From Macrostomum lignano (Eukaryota): a stretch of 64,000 bases of DNA. The notes under the pieces were generated by a model. The model did not search any database, was not told the DNA's origin, and worked only from the letters and a program-made list of their open reading frames with translations. The number at the start of each line of letters is the position of its first letter. Positions within the stretch are counted from its first letter, which is position 1. The stretch lies in assembly GCA_002269645.1 (NCBI GenBank), contig NIVC01000293.1, positions 372,001 through 436,000 of the forward strand, read 5' to 3'. Shown piece by piece: positions 24,038-35,946 of the stretch. The translations under genes and the position numbers were made by a program.

Positions 24038-25087
24038 ATGCAGGGCAGTACCAGACAAAAAAATGACACAGAAAGTTTTGCTACAAAAATAATCTACGAC
24101 AACCAAGAAATAGAGGAAGTAAATGAATTTAAATACCTGGGAATTATTTTTGAACCAAAAAACAGCTTTAAAAAATGTATTGAACATCAAACTAAGCAGG
24201 GTTATTCAGCTATGTTTTCCCTACTCCACAAGGTAAAAAATACGTCCCTGGACATCACACTCATCCGCAGACTATTCGACGCGCTTGTCACCCCCGTTAT
24301 CACGTACGGCTGTGAGCTCTGGGGCCCTCTGGCTACCATTTCTGAAACAAAAGCTATTGATAACATTCAGCTGAAATTCTACAAATATCTCCTCAATCTA
24401 CCAAAATTTGCTAGCAACAGTGTGATATCATCAGAACTTGAGCTTACTCCAATCTCCCAACGAATTGCTAAAACCTATCTTACCTACTGGCTGAAGATTA
24501 GACATCAAAAACTTTGCCAAACGACACTAGAAATTTTCTACTCAAACACCAGCCAAAAAAATCCATGGAAAACAAATATACTAAAGAAACTGGAAAGTAT
24601 AGACTTAAAAGCACTAACTGAAGATAAACTTTCCCAAAGCTTTAATAACGAGAAATACCTAGTGAAAAAGCACCTCAAGATACACAGAGAAAGAGAACTT
24701 AGCCAAAAGCTAGAGAATCAGCAACATATTAAACTCTATAAAAACGCCTATCTCTACAAAAAAATCTGCAGGCCTGACCTTTCAGATTACTTTCCATGCA
24801 CTTTTAGAAACAAAAAATTCCTAACAACCCTCCTAAAACTGAAATGCGAAATTACACCCAACATTTTCTCTCATGAACCATGTAGACTGTGTGGAGCGAG
24901 AAATGGTTCCGATATCCTACACTACTTGACCGAATGTCCACAAACCGAAAAGTTCAGAAAAAAATACTTCTGTCAGTACCTCCTAAATGACAAGCAAGTA
25001 CACAAGTTAGGATATGCTACAAATGAAAAAAGAGTCAGAAAAGAGCTCACTGGTGTAGCTAAAATAGATGAAGTCATGAATAGCTAA
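24038..25087 (+). pseudogene. 5'-truncated LINE (CR1/L2-group-like): RT thumb and C-terminus
   Basis: EVNEFKYLGIIF, LFDALVTPVITYGCELWG and C-terminal CRLC...HYLTECP. No YADD core is present. Confidence 0.8.
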
Positions 25088-25464
25088 AACAGTTATGCAA
25101 ACTGAAACAGACATATCAGCAGTGAAATAAATCCGCCTTTCCCATTTTTAATTTCCTACTTAATTAGCACTTAATTAGTATTTAATTAGTTTCCTATCTA
25201 ATACCTATTTAAATCGTCGTCATTCGCTTAACGTAAAGTCCCTTCGAAGTTCGTTTTTGTTCATTTTTCTTTCGTTTTTACTTTTATTAACTGCAATACT
25301 TTTTTTAACTCCTTGCTTTTTCTTTCGCTTCGTTAGTCGTCCAAGTATCGTTAATAACTTTTCCGCGTTCTTTCAAATACCATTTTGCAAAACCCGTACT
25401 AATCATAATTAAATAACTAGTGCTAAAATATTGTCTCCTATTCCTGAAGCAATCTTAAATACAT

Positions 25465-25800
25465 AGAAATATATTGGCCAAACAGGCTTCTTGCCTGAGC
25501 CAACTTACTACTACTACTACTAAAAAAACTCTAAGTCTAACTCTTACTACTACTAACTCGCGGCAAATCGTCTTTATAAACTTCTATTTCGAAAACTTTT
25601 CCAAATACATAGCTCTATAATATATTGGCCAAACAGGCGAATTGCCTGAGCCAAATTCTCTTACTACTACTATTGCGTCAACTCGTCAAATCGTCGTCAA
25701 ATCGTCTTAATAAACTTCACATAGCTCTTTAATATATTGGCCAAACAGGCTAATCGCCTGAGCCAAATTCTTACTACTACTACTACTACTACTACTAAAA
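25465..25800 (+). repeat. Three copies of ATATTGGCCAAACAGGC..GCCTGAGCCAA followed by (TAC)n
   Basis: Copies near 25470, 25622 and 25734, each followed by a TAC microsatellite; probable LINE 3' terminus units. Confidence 0.7.
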
Positions 25801-27479
25801 AAGATATAATTAATAAATAATAAGTAATAATACCACCAGTCATATAATATCCTATATACTAATAATACACTAAATATAGTAGGAATACTGATCGGATCGG
25901 TCACTAGTGTGCCACCAGCGCAAGGCCCTGCAAATTGTCTGTTTATGATTACTGTTACTGATGGACGATTGGCCGATTGAATCGGTAGAACTGACTCACA
26001 CATTTAGCCGATTTAGGTTACCCACCAATCTCACTATCCAAGCGGAAGTGGCCAAGCCCAGGCCCCGGCCTGGGGTGTAGTGTAGTGGCATAACAATATT
26101 TTTTTCGCCAGATAATTGGTTCTCTACAGTCTGTGGTCTGCACTCACGTGACTCACTCTTGTCTCTGATCTCTCTAGGCCCCTAACTCAGATTGTTTATT
26201 AATCTTGATGCTGCAAAAATTTTTTGCTAGGCCCCTAGGCCCTGGTTTGAATTTTTATAACAATTTAATGAAGACTACTGTAACTGTAACTTAACTGCAC
26301 TTATTATATGGTTTGGATTATGTAAAATTTATTTACATATTTCTAATTCAAGTTATTCTCAATATAGATTTAAGTAGGCCTAATACCTAGTGTAGGCTAG
26401 GCCCATCCCATCTTATTTATTATTATCTACAAAATTGTAGCTGACTATCCTTTATGCCCTAGGCCTACACCTAAATTGATGATTAGGGGGTCTAGAGTCT
26501 AGACTGATTGCTAGGTGCCTAGGTCTAGGCATTTTTTAAATTTATCATCTAGTACTATGCCTAATGCCTATAATATTTCATAAATGTTATCACAATGTAT
26601 GTCTATATCTCATTATATAGCCATGCATTGGCCTTGCACAACAAAAGTAGGGCCTAGCCGCCTAGGCATGTTCAGTTGGCATGTATCACTCCTAAGAAAA
26701 TAGCCTACATATATACCTGGCATGCACCTTAATAGAATCATGCAGAAAATTTATTGTGAAATAGAAAAAAGGATGAAAAAGGGTTTATTTTAAGCATAAA
26801 CTTCAAGCTTTCTAGGTTTTTAAAGCTTATAATTAAGCATTTAATTATAAATAAATCTTTGTATATATTGATTTTTTACTGTGAAAAGTATTGTCAAACA
26901 AACAGAGAAATAGGCCTAAACCAAATTATTTGCTAAAAAAGTTTATTATGCAGTTCAAAAAAAGTCATTTATTGTCACAATATTAAAAAGTCATTTATTG
27001 TCGCAATACCAGTGTAATTTTGAAAATGGGCATGCACTCTATTTTTTGGCATGCATTTGTAAGTATTCAATTTTTGTTTAAGTATACACTAAGTGTGATC
27101 TAGACTATGGCATTGACACAATGTTTTTGTTGTATTTTATATGTTGGAATATATATTGATATATGCTAAAATGGTAAGTAAAATACCCTTGTTATATGCT
27201 GGGAAATCCTAGCATAAAAGTCACCTTCCAAACTATAGAATAGGCTTAGTGCTGTCTGTATAAGCCTATTTATTATTTATAAAAAGGCAATTATTATGTC
27301 TAGTGACCATGGTTTAATTAGTGAATAACTAGACAAATAAATAACAATTAATAGTATTATTATATTATTAACAATTATTATAAATCTTAGCAAAATAAAT
27401 GCATGCATGATGCAATCAGCTGAGTGGCTATATAGGTACACTTGCCTTTCTGAACTAAAAATACTATAGTAGGCTTGTG

Positions 27480-30035
27480 CCTAACAGCTTTTACCTAGTA
27501 CCTCAAAGGCTACATCAAAGCCTTGCCCTGCCATCAAGTATAGCCTACATCAATAGGGAGTGTTAGCAAAGCTGTTTGGAAAGATAGCCTTGTGAAACAG
27601 AAAAGCATTTAGACTAGCAATGTTCAAGGATTTCATTTGATCCATCTGGTCTGTGCCATAGCACCCTTGATTGCATTGTAGTTGCGGATGACCTATGGCT
27701 TCTAGGCTAGATATGCTAAAATGTCTAGACTGTTATGCTGCAATGACAGAATCAGCACTAGCTTATTTGTCTTGGCCTTATATGCAACCAACTGAATTTT
27801 GTCCTCTTCCATATAAGCAAATTCAGTTGAGTGAAGCTTCCTATATTGGCAGGTTCATATCTACAGCGAAACCTCTTGGAAATATGCTTACATGCTGCCT
27901 AGAAAAGTAAGGTTCCAGTGCTGATGACTTTATGCCAGGCTAAGTGAGTAGAAAAAATTGTCTACCATGATCCTTATGCCTGATCCTTGTAGGCTTTCAG
28001 CCAATTTTAACACCATATGCTTACGGCTCATTCCATATAAGCATGGTCGTAACATGACAGGTTATTTTTACTTATAAAATGAAATCTAATAATAGAATAT
28101 ACTAAACCAATATTTTAAATGAAAGATTATTTTGTCTAGAATATATTTATAGAGTTTCATATAGATATCATCATTAGTATAGATGCTATTAAACCTTAAA
28201 TGACACTTATGGTTGTAACGACAGGATTTTTGACATATAGAAACTAAAAGGTAAAAGTCTTATAACATTTTTCATTTTTGATATTTTGCAATACATTTTT
28301 AAAATTTGACTAAGAACATTTTTAGAAATCATACTCTTTTATTAGAATATATAAACTCAAAAGGCAACAAAGATACAAAAGAAAAGGCAGCCTTATGGTC
28401 GTAACATTATGGTCGTAACATATTTTTTTCTGTCAATTCAGTAACTTTGAGGTACTAATACATTAAAAATATAATAGATTATTTGGTCACCAATGCTTTT
28501 ATCTGATGATGCAAGTACTATACTTTTATCTATAGTTTGTTTCAACCTTCAAAAGCTTTCTATTTGTTTTTAAAAGGTACAAAATCTTAATGATGTCTTT
28601 TGCTTCGAAAAATGTCCAAATTTTTACAAAAATGACTTTTTGCCAATTGATAACATACTAATCCAACATTTTACCATTCCTTTATTCTTAGATTGTATAT
28701 ATTGCACAATATAAACATTTGGTAAAAAAATAGGCTAATTAGGCAATGGCAAGCAAAAATATTGACTTTTTTCTATTTTCCAAATATGTCTATCTTATAT
28801 GGAATGAGCCTTACTAAGACTGACCTCTTAATACTTTTTACATCTAGCATATATCTCCAGGTTCTAGCAATAGGTGGTGGCTACATTGTTCAGGCACTAG
28901 AACTTGAGACCATACTTTGCCAGCTTCATTAGCATGTATTGGATATACTGGCAGTGGCCTCAGTAAGGAAATAGTTGTTCATTAGCTGTCATTGCTCCAG
29001 ATGGAACATAGCACTTCTGGGAGTTGCTCACAAATCTATCAAGTAGGAGGCAAATAGTTGCAATCTTGTCTCTTAGCAGCCGTGCTTCCCTTGTTACTCA
29101 GTTGTCAAAACAAAGGAAATGGAGAAGCCTCTTGAAGCGAGACAAGCCTATTGTCTCAGAGAATATCTTTCACATATAGTACTTGCTCCAAGGCTCCTCA
29201 ATGCTCTCCATATTGCCCTTGAATGTACTGCAGAAGATGCAAAGACTAAATGTAGCCATATATCTTATTTCATGTTTCTCAATTTGTTTTGCCAATGGTG
29301 TCTATCTATCATGTCAGTGTCAAACAGGAGTTTGAAGGCAGACTCTTAATAATGCAGTCTTGCTGCAGCAAATTGCATTATGCTAGGCTGGAGATGCAGA
29401 ATGTTGGCTGCTAGCCTCTGCCCAACTTTTGGCAATGAATTTGTGTTCTAGGCCTGACTGCTTGGGCTTGTGTAGCAATGTGGCATATATCTGGCCTGTG
29501 CTGCAGGTTCTGGTGACTCCATCCTGGAAGAGTCACTAGATAAGCTTCCAGGAACACCATGAAGCTCCACCTCAAGCTTTGCCTTCTCAATGTCAGACAG
29601 AGCTTCTTCTTGGCCAGACTTTTCTAAGTCAACATGTGCATCAGGAATGCTAACGTCTTGAGAAAGAATTGTCTGTGGCGCATGAGATTTGGCTTCCCGC
29701 ATTGGTTTGGCCATCCTTGTCACAGTGTAGAAGTGGCACTACAGCGTCAGAAATTTTTTTTGTCAAAGCTGACATAGTCAAAAGTAATAATTTTTGGTTT
29801 GCAATGGTCTTTAAATATGCTGGTCATATATACTTGGAAAGCAGAAATCAGAAACCAAATAAGCTTAATTATTCAAGCTTCTGTACATGACAGATAGTTA
29901 TTAATTTATATGCATAGAAAGACCCTAAAATTTGTAATTCTCCAAGAAAATTATTTAGCTAATGCATGCCATTATACTATGGATGATTGCTTATTGCTCA
30001 GTGGGGTCCAATGGACCCCATTTATTGTTTGATGG
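27480..30035 (-). pseudogene. Decayed piggyBac transposon and transposase
   Basis: Minus strand 29200-28880 reads ETIGLSRFKRLLHFLCFDN*...RDKIATI...CYVPSGAMTANEQLFPY*GHCQYIQYMLMKLAKYGLKF*; DNFFYSLSLA near 27960. Palindromic GGGGTCCAATGGACCCC near the probable 5' end (30003-30019). The left boundary is uncertain. Confidence 0.85.
28025..28810. mobile_element. MITE, 786 bp, 17-bp TIR GGCTCATTCCATATAAG, 4-bp TSD TTAC
   Basis: TTAC at 28021-28024 and 28811-28814. Internal TGGTCGTAACA repeats; AT-rich non-coding body; inserted in the piggyBac ORF. Confidence 0.88.
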
Positions 30036-30578
30036 TTGATATAATGTAATTAATAAGTTTTTGTATAATTTTGATTCTATACCTATAATAGTTATGTACT
30101 AGACAAAAAATTAAATAAGGATATTAGTTATTACATAGGTAATATTCAATAGTTCTAATATATTTTGCTTCAAAAAAGACATTTAAAAGGATATTTCTCT
30201 CTTCTCTTCTGCTCTTTCTCTTCTCTTTATTTTTTCTTCTTTCTCCACTCCTCTTTCATCCTTTCTCTTCTCCTCTCCTTTCCTCTCCTCTCCTTTCCTC
30301 TCCTCTTTTCACTGGCCTGCAATCATGCACAAAGGGTAAAGTTCTATACTTGGCCATTTGGGTCAAAATATAGTCAACTGCTGATCTAGACGCATATATG
30401 CATGGGCCCATCTGCAACCCCTGATAAATCTGACAAATATCTAGACTAGACAAATAACTTGGCATACAGTTGTAGATATCTAGCTCATTTTAATAACCAT
30501 TTGCTACACTAAGTGTTCATAGTCAATCAGATATTTTTTTGTTTTTTTTTCAGGTACAACAATAGCAATAATAACTAG

Positions 30579-33055
30579 ATGAGCTTTTCACTGCACATAT
30601 TGGGTCGTACAAATACTGTGTTTGCCAGAAGTACTATTAAAAGCTGCATCAACGCTAACAGTTTCGGCTTAAAATCTCTATTTAGAAGCATGAGCTCGCA
30701 AAAGAAAGTGGCTGTGGTAAGTGCTATATAAAATATTTTATCTAGTATAAATATTAATAATTCACACAAATTTGTGATTTATTTTTTTAGGTTCTGTCTG
30801 GATGTGGTGTCTATGATGGCACTGAAGTACACGAGGCATCTTCGTGAGTTCATTGTTTTCTCTTGAAAAGTACATCACCTGTGACCATCCATAACTTCAG
30901 CTCATACTTGAATTCAACACTGTTATTTCAGCTGCCTTGTACACCTAAGCCGCGAGGGTTCAGCCGTGTCAATGTTTGCACCAGACATTGACCAGATGCA
31001 CGTTATTAATCATCTGAATGGCGATGTTATGTCGGAGAAACGGTTGGTGACTATTTTGTGTGCTTGTAAATTTTTTTGGTATTTGTTTTAAAGTAATTTT
31101 TAGGATCTCTTGTGTGCTTAATGAAGATTCAGAATCCGTTCATTGATGGAGATTCAGAATCCGTTGATTGATGGAGATTCAGAATCCAGTGATTAATGGG
31201 AATTCAGAATCCGTTGATTGATGGAGATTCAGAATCCCTTGATTGATGGAGATTCAGAATACTTTGATTGATGGGGATTCAGAATCCGTTTATTGATGGG
31301 GATTCAGAATCCCTGGATTGATGGGGATTCAGAATCCGTTGATTGATGGGGGATTCAGAATACTTTGATTGATAGGGATTCAGAATACTTTGGTTGATGG
31401 AGATTCACAATCCCTTGATTGATGGGGATTCAGAATCCCTTGATTGATGGGGATTCAGAATCCGTTGATTGATGGAGATTCACAATCCGTTGATTGATGG
31501 AGATTCAGAATCCCTTGATTGATGGAGATTCAGAATCCATTGATTGATGGAGATTCAGAATCCGTTGATTGATGGAGATTCAGAATCCAGTGATTAATGG
31601 GAATTCAGAATCCGTTGATTGATGGAGATTCAGAATCCCTTGATTGATGGAGATTCAGAATCCGTTGATTGATGGAGATTCAGAATCCGTTGATTGATGG
31701 AGATTCAGAATCCGTTGATTGATGGGGATTCAGAATCCGTTGATTGATGGAGATTCAGAATCCGTTGATTGATGGAGATTCAGAATCCCTTGATTGATGG
31801 AGATTCAGAATCCATTGATTGATGGGGATTTAGAATACTTTGGTTCATGGAGATTCAGAATCCGTTCATTGATGGAGATTCAGAATCCGTTGATTGATGG
31901 AGATTCAGAATCCGTTGATTGATGGAGATTCAGAATCCGTTGATTGATGGGGATTCAGAATCCGTTGATTGATGGAGATTCAGAATCCGTTGATTGATGG
32001 AGATTCAGAATCCGTTTATTGATGGAGATTCAGAATCCGTTGATTGATGGAGATTCAGAATCCATTGATTGATGGAGATTCAGAATCCGTTGATTGATAG
32101 GGATTCAGAATCCGTTGATTGATGGGGATTCAGAATCCGTTGATTGATGGGGATTCAGAATCCGTTGATTGATGGGGATTCAGAATCCATTGATTGATGG
32201 AGATTCAGAATCCGTTGATTGATGGGATTCAAAATCCGTTGATTGATGGGGATTCAGAAAACCTGATTGATGGAGATTCAGAATCCGTTGATTGATGGGG
32301 ATTCAGAATCCGTTGATTAATGGAGATTCAGAATCCATTGATTGATGGAGATTCAGAAAACCTGATTGATGGAGATTCAGAATCCGTTGATTGATGGGGA
32401 TTCAGAATCCGTTGATTAATGGAGATTCAGAATCCGTTGATTGATGGAGATTCAGAATCCGTTGATTGATGGGGATTCAGAATCCGTTCATTGATGGAGA
32501 TTCAGAATCCGTTCATTGATGGAGATTCAGAATCCCTTGATTGATGGAGATTCAAAATCCGTTCATTGATAGAGATTCAGAATCCCTTGATTGATGGGGA
32601 TTCAGAATACTTTGATTGATGGGGATTCAGAATCCGTTGATTGATAGGGATTCAGAATCCCTGGGTTGATGGGGATTCAGAATCCGTTGATTGATGGGGA
32701 TTCAGAATCCCTTGATTGATGGGGATTCAGAATCCGTTGATTGATGGGGATTCAGAATCCGTTGATTGATGGGGATTCAGAATCCATTGATTGATGGAGA
32801 TTCAGAATCCGTTGATTGATGGGGATTCAAAATCCGTTGATTGATGGGGATTCAGAATCCGTTGATTGATGGAGATTCAGAATCCGTTGATTGATGGAGA
32901 TTTAAAATCCGTTGATTGATGGGGATTCAGAATCCATTGATTGATGGAGATTCAGAATCCGTTGATTGATGGAGATTTAAAATACCTGATTGATTGATTG
33001 ATTGATTGATTGATGGGGATTTAGAATCCGTTGATTGATGGGGATTTAAAATACC

Positions 33056-33087
<32 letters not shown>

Positions 33088-34470
33088 GGGGACTTAGAAT
33101 CCGTTGATTGATGGAGATTTAAAATACCTGATTGATTGATTGATTGATTGATTGATGGGGATTTAGAATCCGTTGATTGATGGGGATTTAGAATCCGTTG
33201 ATTGATGGGGATTCAGAATCCCTGATTGATTGATTGATTGATTGATGGGGATTCAGAATACCTGATTGATTGATTGATTGATGGGGATTTTAGATTCCCT
33301 GATTCAATGATGGATAATTGATTCTCAGAATCCCTCGTACCCTGCCCAGCAACGTGCTGATCGAGTCTGCCCGAATCGCCCGCGGCAAGGCTGCGCCTCT
33401 GTCGCAACTGCGCGCCTCAGATTTCGACGCCATCATTTTTCCCGGCGGTTTCGGCGCAGCTAAAAATCTTTGCGATTTTGCCGTCAGCGGCAAGGACTGC
33501 ACGGTGCAAGCGGATGCCGCCAGGGTCATTGGCGAGTTTAATAAGGCCGGGAAACCTGTCGGTCTGTGCTGCATTGCTCCCGTGCTGGCTGCTAAATTGC
33601 TGCCAGGCTGTCAGGTGAGCTCAGACTTTTTTCATTTTATCTCATCTCATTGCTTCATGCTTATGCGGTTCTATTTATCTCAGCATCTGCTCTCATCTCA
33701 GCATCTGCTCTCATTTCACGCTCTGATCTTATCTCGCGCTCTGATCTCATCTATCTTACGCTCTGAGCTGATCTGATCTCACACTCTAATCTCGCCTCAC
33801 GCTTTTATCTCATCTCACGCTCTTATCTCATTTCACGCTCTTATCTCATCTCACGCTCTTATCTCATCTCGCGCTCTTATCTCATCTCACGTTCTAATCT
33901 CATCTCACCTCACGCTCTGATATTATCTCATGCTCTGGTTTTTTCTCACGCTCTAGTCTTATCTCATCTCACGCCCTGATTTCATCCCAAGCTCTGAAAT
34001 TATCTCACAATCTGTTCTAATCTCATCATCTGCTCTCATCTCACGCTCTGCTCTCATCTCACGCTCTGCTCTCATCTCACGCTCTGCTCTCATCTCACGT
34101 TCTGCTCTCATCTCACGCTCTGCTCTCATCTCACCATTTGCTTTTATCTCAATCTGGTCTCATCTTACAATTTGTCCTCATCCCACTATCTGTTCTAATC
34201 TCACCGTCTGCTCTCATCTCACCCCGCCTAAATCTCGACCAGGTAACCATGGGCTCCGAGTCAGAAGAGGGCGGCCTCTGGCCTCACGCCGGAGCTACCC
34301 AGGCCATCGGGCCGCTCGGTGGCCAACACGTAATCCGCGGGGTCACCGAGTGCCTCGTTGACGACGCTAAAAAAGTGGTTACCACGCCCGCGTTCATGTG
34401 CGAAGCTCCGCTGCATCAGATCTACGAAGGAGTCGGCGCGTTGGTTCGAGAAGTGCTGCGTCTGGCCTAG
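30579..34470 (+). CDS. GATD3: ES1/GATD3 family protein (DJ-1/class I glutamine amidotransferase-like, mitochondrial)
   Basis: Exons 30579-30716, 30791-30843, 30932-31042, 33350-33614 and 34243-34470 join in phase via GT-AG. Product: [62 protein letters not shown]-terminal presequence-like peptide. Confidence 0.95.
31126..33301 (+). repeat. 25-bp minisatellite (GATTCAGAATCCGTTGATTGATGGR) filling GATD3 intron 3
   Basis: About 2.2 kb of tandem units with (GATT)n expansions at the 3' end. Confidence 0.97.
33660..34225 (+). repeat. TCTCATCTCACGCTC-type minisatellite, GATD3 intron 4
   Basis: Degenerate pyrimidine-rich units of about 19 bp. Confidence 0.9.
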
Positions 34471-34969
34471 AGATTTGATTGATTCGTAATCATCTAGAAT
34501 CACGTAGCGTTTGCCCGTGTTTCCTTTGCTGTTTAATTCAATTTGTCCAACTTAACTCTCTCTACATACCCGCCTAAATTTACCCTCCAGCCATTTACCC
34601 TCCAGTCATTTACCCTCCCGTCATTTCATCCTTCTAAACAGGTACCGGTAATTTTTAAGAAGCCAACAATTAGACTTTGTTTTTTTTCTTCTAAATTGTC
34701 ATATATTTAGAATGCTTTTTGAAAAAACCGTAAAAATAAATCTAGGTCATCCATTATCTGCTGATAGTGTTTGGATTAGTAATTACGAAAATCAATTATC
34801 TTAATAAATTTTTTTCGAAGTCAGCTTTTAGTAGTACTTAAATGAAAGTTTTAAGTAGTTCAACTGCATTTGATTAATGTTCCAAGTTCGTTCTTGAGAT
34901 AGCTAAGGAAAGTTTTTCGGGTGGCTAAGTTTATTAATTAAGATTTTTTGAATAGCTAGGGGATAGGAT

Positions 34970-35835
34970 ATTATTGGGGAAATTATTCAGATAGCTAGAG
35001 GTACTAATTGGGAATTTTATTCAGATAGCTAGGGGTATTAATGGGGAATTTATTCAGATAGCTACGGGTATTAATGAGGAATTTGTTCAGATAGCTAGGG
35101 TTATTAATGGGGAGTTTATTCCGATAGCCAGGGGTATTAATGAGGAATTTGTTCAGATAGCTAGGGTTATTAATGGGGAATTTATTCCGATGACTAGGGG
35201 TATTAACGTGGAAGTTTGTTAAGATAGCTAGGGGTATTAATGGGGAATTTATTCAGATAGCCAGGGGTTTTAAGAAGGAATTTGTTCAGATAGCTAGGGG
35301 TATTAATGGGGAGTTAATTTCGATGACTAGGGGTATTAATGGGGAATTTATTCAGATAGCAGGGGTTTTAAGAAGGAATTTGTTCAGATAGCTAGGGGTA
35401 TTAATGGGGAATTTATTCAGATAGCAGGGGTTTTAAGAAGGAATTTGTTCAGATAGCTAGGGGTATTAATGGGGAATTTATTCAGATAGCAGGGGTTTTA
35501 AGAAGGAATTTGTTCAGATAGCTAGGGGTATTAATGGGGAATTTATTCAGATAGCCAGGGGTATTAATAAGGAATTTTTTCAGATAGCTAGGGGTATTAA
35601 TGGGGAATTTATTCAGATAGCCAGGGGTATTAATGAGGAATTTGTTCAGATAGCTAGGGGTATTAATGGGGAATTTATTCAGATAGCCAGGGGTATTAAT
35701 GAGGAATTTGTTCAGATAGCCAGGGTATTAATGAGGAATTTGTTCAGATAGCTAGGGGTATTAATGGTTAATTTATTCAGATAGCCGAGGGTATTGATGA
35801 GGAGTTTATTCCGATGGCTAGGGGTATTAATGTGG
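34970..35835 (+). repeat. About 33-bp minisatellite (GATAGCTAGGGGTATTAATGGGGAATTTATTCA) between GATD3 and the receptor gene
   Basis: Tandem units with alternating variants. Confidence 0.95.
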
Positions 35836-35946
35836 AATTCATAAAGTTTCACCCGTTCTAATGTAAATTTTACAATTGCTTTCTCTACACATGGTTATTC
35901 TATTAATAATTTTCAGCGCAAAAAATGAATGTATAAAAAATGAAAA

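Noticed and set aside
31126-33301. CRISPR-like array
   Set aside because: Head-to-tail units with no unique spacers, no cas genes, and located inside a spliceosomal intron. The same applies to all other arrays.
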